Made by a program: the position numbers and the translations under genes
Shown: one piece after another, positions 60,582 through 64,000 of the stretch
Layout of the letters: each line of letters begins with the position of its first letter
How positions within the stretch are numbered: the first letter of the stretch is position 1
Assembly (NCBI GenBank): GCA_045863855.1
Contig: BTVV01000017.1
Location: forward strand, 1 to 64,000
Origin: Planctomycetota bacterium
Lineage (GTDB): Bacteria > Planctomycetota > SZUA-567 > H5-PLA8
DNA: 64,000 bases
Reading direction: 5' to 3'
Notes under the pieces: generated by a model
The model's input: the letters and a program-made list of their open reading frames with translations, nothing else
Databases searched by the model: none
Told to the model about the DNA's origin: nothing

Positions 60582-60738
60582 ACGGGACTCCTTTCGCTTC
60601 ACGCGCAAACGAGTGCACGCGGCGACGGTCCCTCCTCCAAGAAGAAGACGCTCGAAAAGCAGAACGCTTGAATCCGAGTGAGCGATTGCGGCCGGTGGCT
60701 TGATTAGCTATTCGACAACGGCATTTCAAAAGGGAACG

Positions 60739-61608
60739 CTATTCCGGCTTGAAGCGTGCGCCGATCACGATGGGCGGTTCGGCCTTGGTGTGGATGTTGC
60801 GCAGTTCCAGAAGCAGGTCTTCCGGGGTCTCGAAACGGTCTTCGGGCTTTTTGTTGAGCATGCGCATCAAGAGCTTGGCGAATTCGGGCGAGAGGTTCTT
60901 GTTGCGCTTATTGGGCGGAAATAACGGGGCGTGGATGTGCATGTCCAGCACCGCGTCCTCGTTCTCGTCCTGGAAGGGCGGGGCGCCCGTGGCGCAGTGG
61001 TAGATGGTCGCGCCAAGGCTGTACAGGTCGGAGCGCGTATCGATTTCGACGCCGGGCACGGCGGCGCACTGTTCGGGCGACATGTAATACGCGGTGCCGG
61101 CGGCGACGCCTTCCCAGTCGATGATGCCGTCGCGCTGGCGCGCGAAGCCCAAGTCCACCAGTTTGCAGTTCCCGCCGCTTTCCACCAGGATGTTGTCGGG
61201 CTTGATGTCCTGGTGCACGACATCCTTGCGCCGCAGTTCGCGCAGAGCCTGGGCCATCTGGCGCAGAATCCAGATGCACTGGCTTTCCTTCAAAGGGCCG
61301 TGCTCGAGCAGTTCTTGAAGCGATTGCCCGACCACCATTTCGAACGCGATGTACGGCCGGCCGCTGCGCACTCCGACATCGAGCGTTTTCACCACGTTAG
61401 GGTGATCGATCTGCATCCCCGCCTTGGCTTCTTCCTGAAACATGGTCAGGACGTCTTCGTTGTCGATGAAGCGGGAAGAAAGGAACTTCAGCGCGACGGG
61501 CGTATTGTTCTGCGTATCGAAAGCATGCCAGACGGTGCCCGTGGCGCCGCGGCCCAGACGCTTCTTCAGCGCATACTGCCCGAAGAGTGTGTTTTCCGCT
61601 CCGCTCAT
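60739..61608 (-). CDS. Hanks-type Ser/Thr protein kinase, soluble
   Basis: LGRGATG.V, VALK, HPNVV, HQDIKPDN, DLG, GT..YMSPEQ, SDLYSLG. Confidence 0.93.
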   Translation of the reverse strand: MSGAENTLFGQYALKKRLGRGATGTVWHAFDTQNNTPVALKFLSSRFIDNEDVLTMFQEEAKAGMQIDHPNVVKTLDVGVRSGRPYIAFEMVVGQSLQELLEHGPLKESQCIWILRQMAQALRELRRKDVVHQDIKPDNILVESGGNCKLVDLGFARQRDGIIDWEGVAAGTAYYMSPEQCAAVPGVEIDTRSDLYSLGATIYHCATGAPPFQDENEDAVLDMHIHAPLFPPNKRNKNLSPEFAKLLMRMLNKKPEDRFETPEDLLLELRNIHTKAEPPIVIGARFKPE

Positions 61609-61682
61609 GCCACCCGGTCTTCCGCTACGCCCGATGCCAGGGAGGTTAGTCGCTCCCGGCGCTCACGCAATTCGTAAAGCCG

Positions 61683-62835
61683 TTACGTCCCGCCCGCCGT
61701 CCCCACGGCGCTCTTCTTGGGGCGCTGACTCAGCCGCCAGCGCAGGAAAGCCTCGATGAACGGATCCAACTCGCCGTCCAGCACGCCCTGCGCGTTGGTT
61801 TCCTTCAATTCCGTGCGGTGGTCGTTAACCATCGTGTACGGCTGCAAGACGTAGCTGCGAATCTGGCTGCCGAACCCAATGCGTCCTTTGTCCGCATGTG
61901 CCTGCAAGTTCTCGGCATCCTGCTTGTCCTGTTCGATCTGCTTTAGCTTGGACTTCAGGATCTGCAAGCCCAGCACACGGTTGCGCTGCTGGCTGCGTTC
62001 GATCTGGCAGCGCACCGAGATGCCCGTCGGCAGGTGCTTGATCTGCACGCAACTCTCGACCTTGTTCACGTTCTGGCCGCCGGCGCCGCCCGAGCGGCTG
62101 GTCTTGATCTCCAGGTCCTTGTCGGGGATCACCATGTCCTTGTCGTCGTCTTCGATTTCCGGCCATACATCGGCACTCGCGAAACTCGTCTGGCGCTTGC
62201 CTTGCGCGTTAAACGGGCTGATACGGACGAGACGATGCACGCCCGCTTCGCACTGCAACAGTCCGTACGCCATTTCGCCTTCGATGCGCAGCGTCGCTGA
62301 CTTGATCCCGGCTTCTTCGTTGTCGAGGCGGTCGACCAGCGTGGTCTTGAAGCCTTTTCGTTCGGCCCAACGCATGTACATGCGCAGTAGCATCGAAGCC
62401 CAATCGCACGCTTCGGTCCCGCCTTCGCCGGCCTGAAGCGCCAAGTACGCCGTGCAGCGGTCGTGCGGTCCCTGAAGCTGCGATTGCAGTTCGAAGCGAT
62501 CCACCTGCGGGGTGAGCTTCTCGAATTCGGCCTCGACCTGCTGGGCCGTGGTCTCGTCCGCTTCGGCTTCGGACAGTTCCACCAGTTCGAGCAGATCCTT
62601 GACCTGCTGTTCGATGGCCGGGAGCGGTCCGACCAGGGTTTTCAGGCCCTTCATTTCATTGACCAGCTTCTGCGCTTTTTCAGGTTGGTTCCAGAAATCG
62701 GCGCCTTCCATCAGGTGCTCGATCTCTTTCAGGCGGGCTAGGCGATGAGGTATGTCAAAGCGAGTCCCGGAGCTGCAGCAGGCGCTCACTCAGGTCCGTG
62801 ATCCGGGTCCGCAAATCCGTAAAGTTGTACGCCAT
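61683..62835 (-). CDS. prfB: Peptide chain release factor 2, +1 programmed frameshift
   Basis: ATG 62835 (GGAGG RBS) gives 26 codons ending CTT TGA C (62760-62754); +1 frame continues with SPF and GGQ motifs. Confidence 0.96.
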
Positions 62836-62989
62836 GGTTGCTTTCCTCCTGCGCGAATCGCTCCTCAACGCATGCTCATTGTACGAATAGATGCGCCGCG
62901 CACAAGGGTCGTGAAGACCAATTTGAAGCTATGAGATCTCGATTGCGCTTTACCTGCCGACTGATGCGTACTCTTGCGTAGGGCCACGG

Positions 62990-63685
62990 TCAGCCGTGCA
63001 TTCCACGCAGGCCTGCGATTAACGGAATCAACTCTTTGAGCGCGCGAACGGTGTGGTCGCCTTCGGGCACGAAGCGTTCGTGGTAGTGCTGGTCGGGGCC
63101 GTTATCGACCCAGACCGTGCGCATGCCTTGGCGCCTTGCGCCGGGAAGTTCTTCGCTGTTGCCGTCGCCGACATAGAGGGCCTGGGAGCCCGGGACGCCC
63201 AGTCCGTCCAAGGCGTGTGCATACATGCGCGGATCGGGCTTCCGGGTGCGCAAAAGCGCCGATGAGGCTTTGACCGGCAGGTAGCGTCCCAAGGGGGTGC
63301 CGTCGAGCAGTTCGGTGGTGCCGCTGCTGCAATCGGTGACCAAGGCGAGTTTGAATCCCGCCGAGGCGAGCGCCTCCAGCGTCTCGAGCGCGTCGGGCTT
63401 GGGTTCCACGGCCTGGCGCATGAACGCGATACGCAGTTCGTAAGCACGCCGGTACTGTTCGGGTTGGGCGCGTACGCCCAGCGTATGCAAGACCGGATCG
63501 AACGCGCGCTCGCCATCGGGCGAGTCGCCGACCATGCGCGCCTGATGCAGCTTGTTCCACTCGGCGTAAAACGCGTGGGGCTCCGCTCCAAATACAGCGG
63601 CGATTTCCGCGAAGCAGCCGGCCCAGTGGTCGGGCGGTCGGTTCGGCACGAGTGTTCCAAAAAGATCGAAAAGGATCGCTTGCAT
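62990..63685 (-). CDS. HAD superfamily hydrolase
   Basis: ILFDLFGTL, LVTD, KPDP..Y, YVGDG..E..GA. Confidence 0.88.
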   Translation of the reverse strand: MQAILFDLFGTLVPNRPPDHWAGCFAEIAAVFGAEPHAFYAEWNKLHQARMVGDSPDGERAFDPVLHTLGVRAQPEQYRRAYELRIAFMRQAVEPKPDALETLEALASAGFKLALVTDCSSGTTELLDGTPLGRYLPVKASSALLRTRKPDPRMYAHALDGLGVPGSQALYVGDGNSEELPGARRQGMRTVWVDNGPDQHYHERFVPEGDHTVRALKELIPLIAGLRGMHG

Positions 63686-63689
63686 GGCT

Positions 63690-63944
63690 TCAGCTATCGG
63701 CCTCTTGCTCGTCCTGCTTGAGCAGGTGGATTCGTTCTTCGACCTCGGCACCGGAGGGCATCTGAGCCGTACGCGCCGGAACGAAGACGCGTTGCCCGTG
63801 CTTGATCACGATTTTACCGTTGGCCTGAAGCGCGGGGAGATCGGAACAATCGAACATGCGCCCGCAATTGGGGCAGATCGCTTTGCAGTGATGCTCGTCG
63901 AGCACCGAACCGCAGACTTCGCAGAGGAAGATCAGTTCCGTCAT
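63690..63944 (-). CDS. Small CxxC zinc-finger protein (HVO_2523-like)
   Basis: CEVC..HCK..CPNCG..DCSD; CAGGAG RBS. Confidence 0.75.
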   Translation of the reverse strand: MTELIFLCEVCGSVLDEHHCKAICPNCGRMFDCSDLPALQANGKIVIKHGQRVFVPARTAQMPSGAEVEERIHLLKQDEQEADS

Positions 63945-64000
63945 ACGTTCACAACTCCTGCACGTCATGTTATTCGCCCGACTCCGAAATTAAAGCTTAC

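Overview
High-GC bacterial chromosomal window, most likely Planctomycetota/PVC: it carries the PVC-type small basic protein and two planctomycete-style MoxR/DUF58/BatA/vWA operons. About 54 CDSs. I found no tRNA, rRNA, CRISPR array, transposase or phage gene. Main blocks: (1) ECF sigma/anti-sigma followed by moxR-DUF58-BatA/vWA-vWA/GATase-like-membrane protein; (2) CHAD-ppx-atypical pyruvate kinase, with 10-11 bp-phased YTYAC repeats upstream of each gene; (3) GldA/GldFG-like ABC system with a DUF4340-FKBP fusion; (4) an SHMT-GcvT fusion, plus a separate canonical glyA about 35 kb away; (5) TonB protein and an HTH-S24 regulator lacking catalytic residues; (6) a second moxR operon led by a ~1790-aa TPR/PQQ-propeller/CBM9-like protein, with a degenerate nucleotidyltransferase-like ORF inside it; (7) ispA-dxs; (8) an isobutyryl-CoA mutase/beta-oxidation cluster interrupted by a glycosylation block; (9) prfB with its +1 frameshift. 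Family calls come from recognising motifs by eye; no searches were run.
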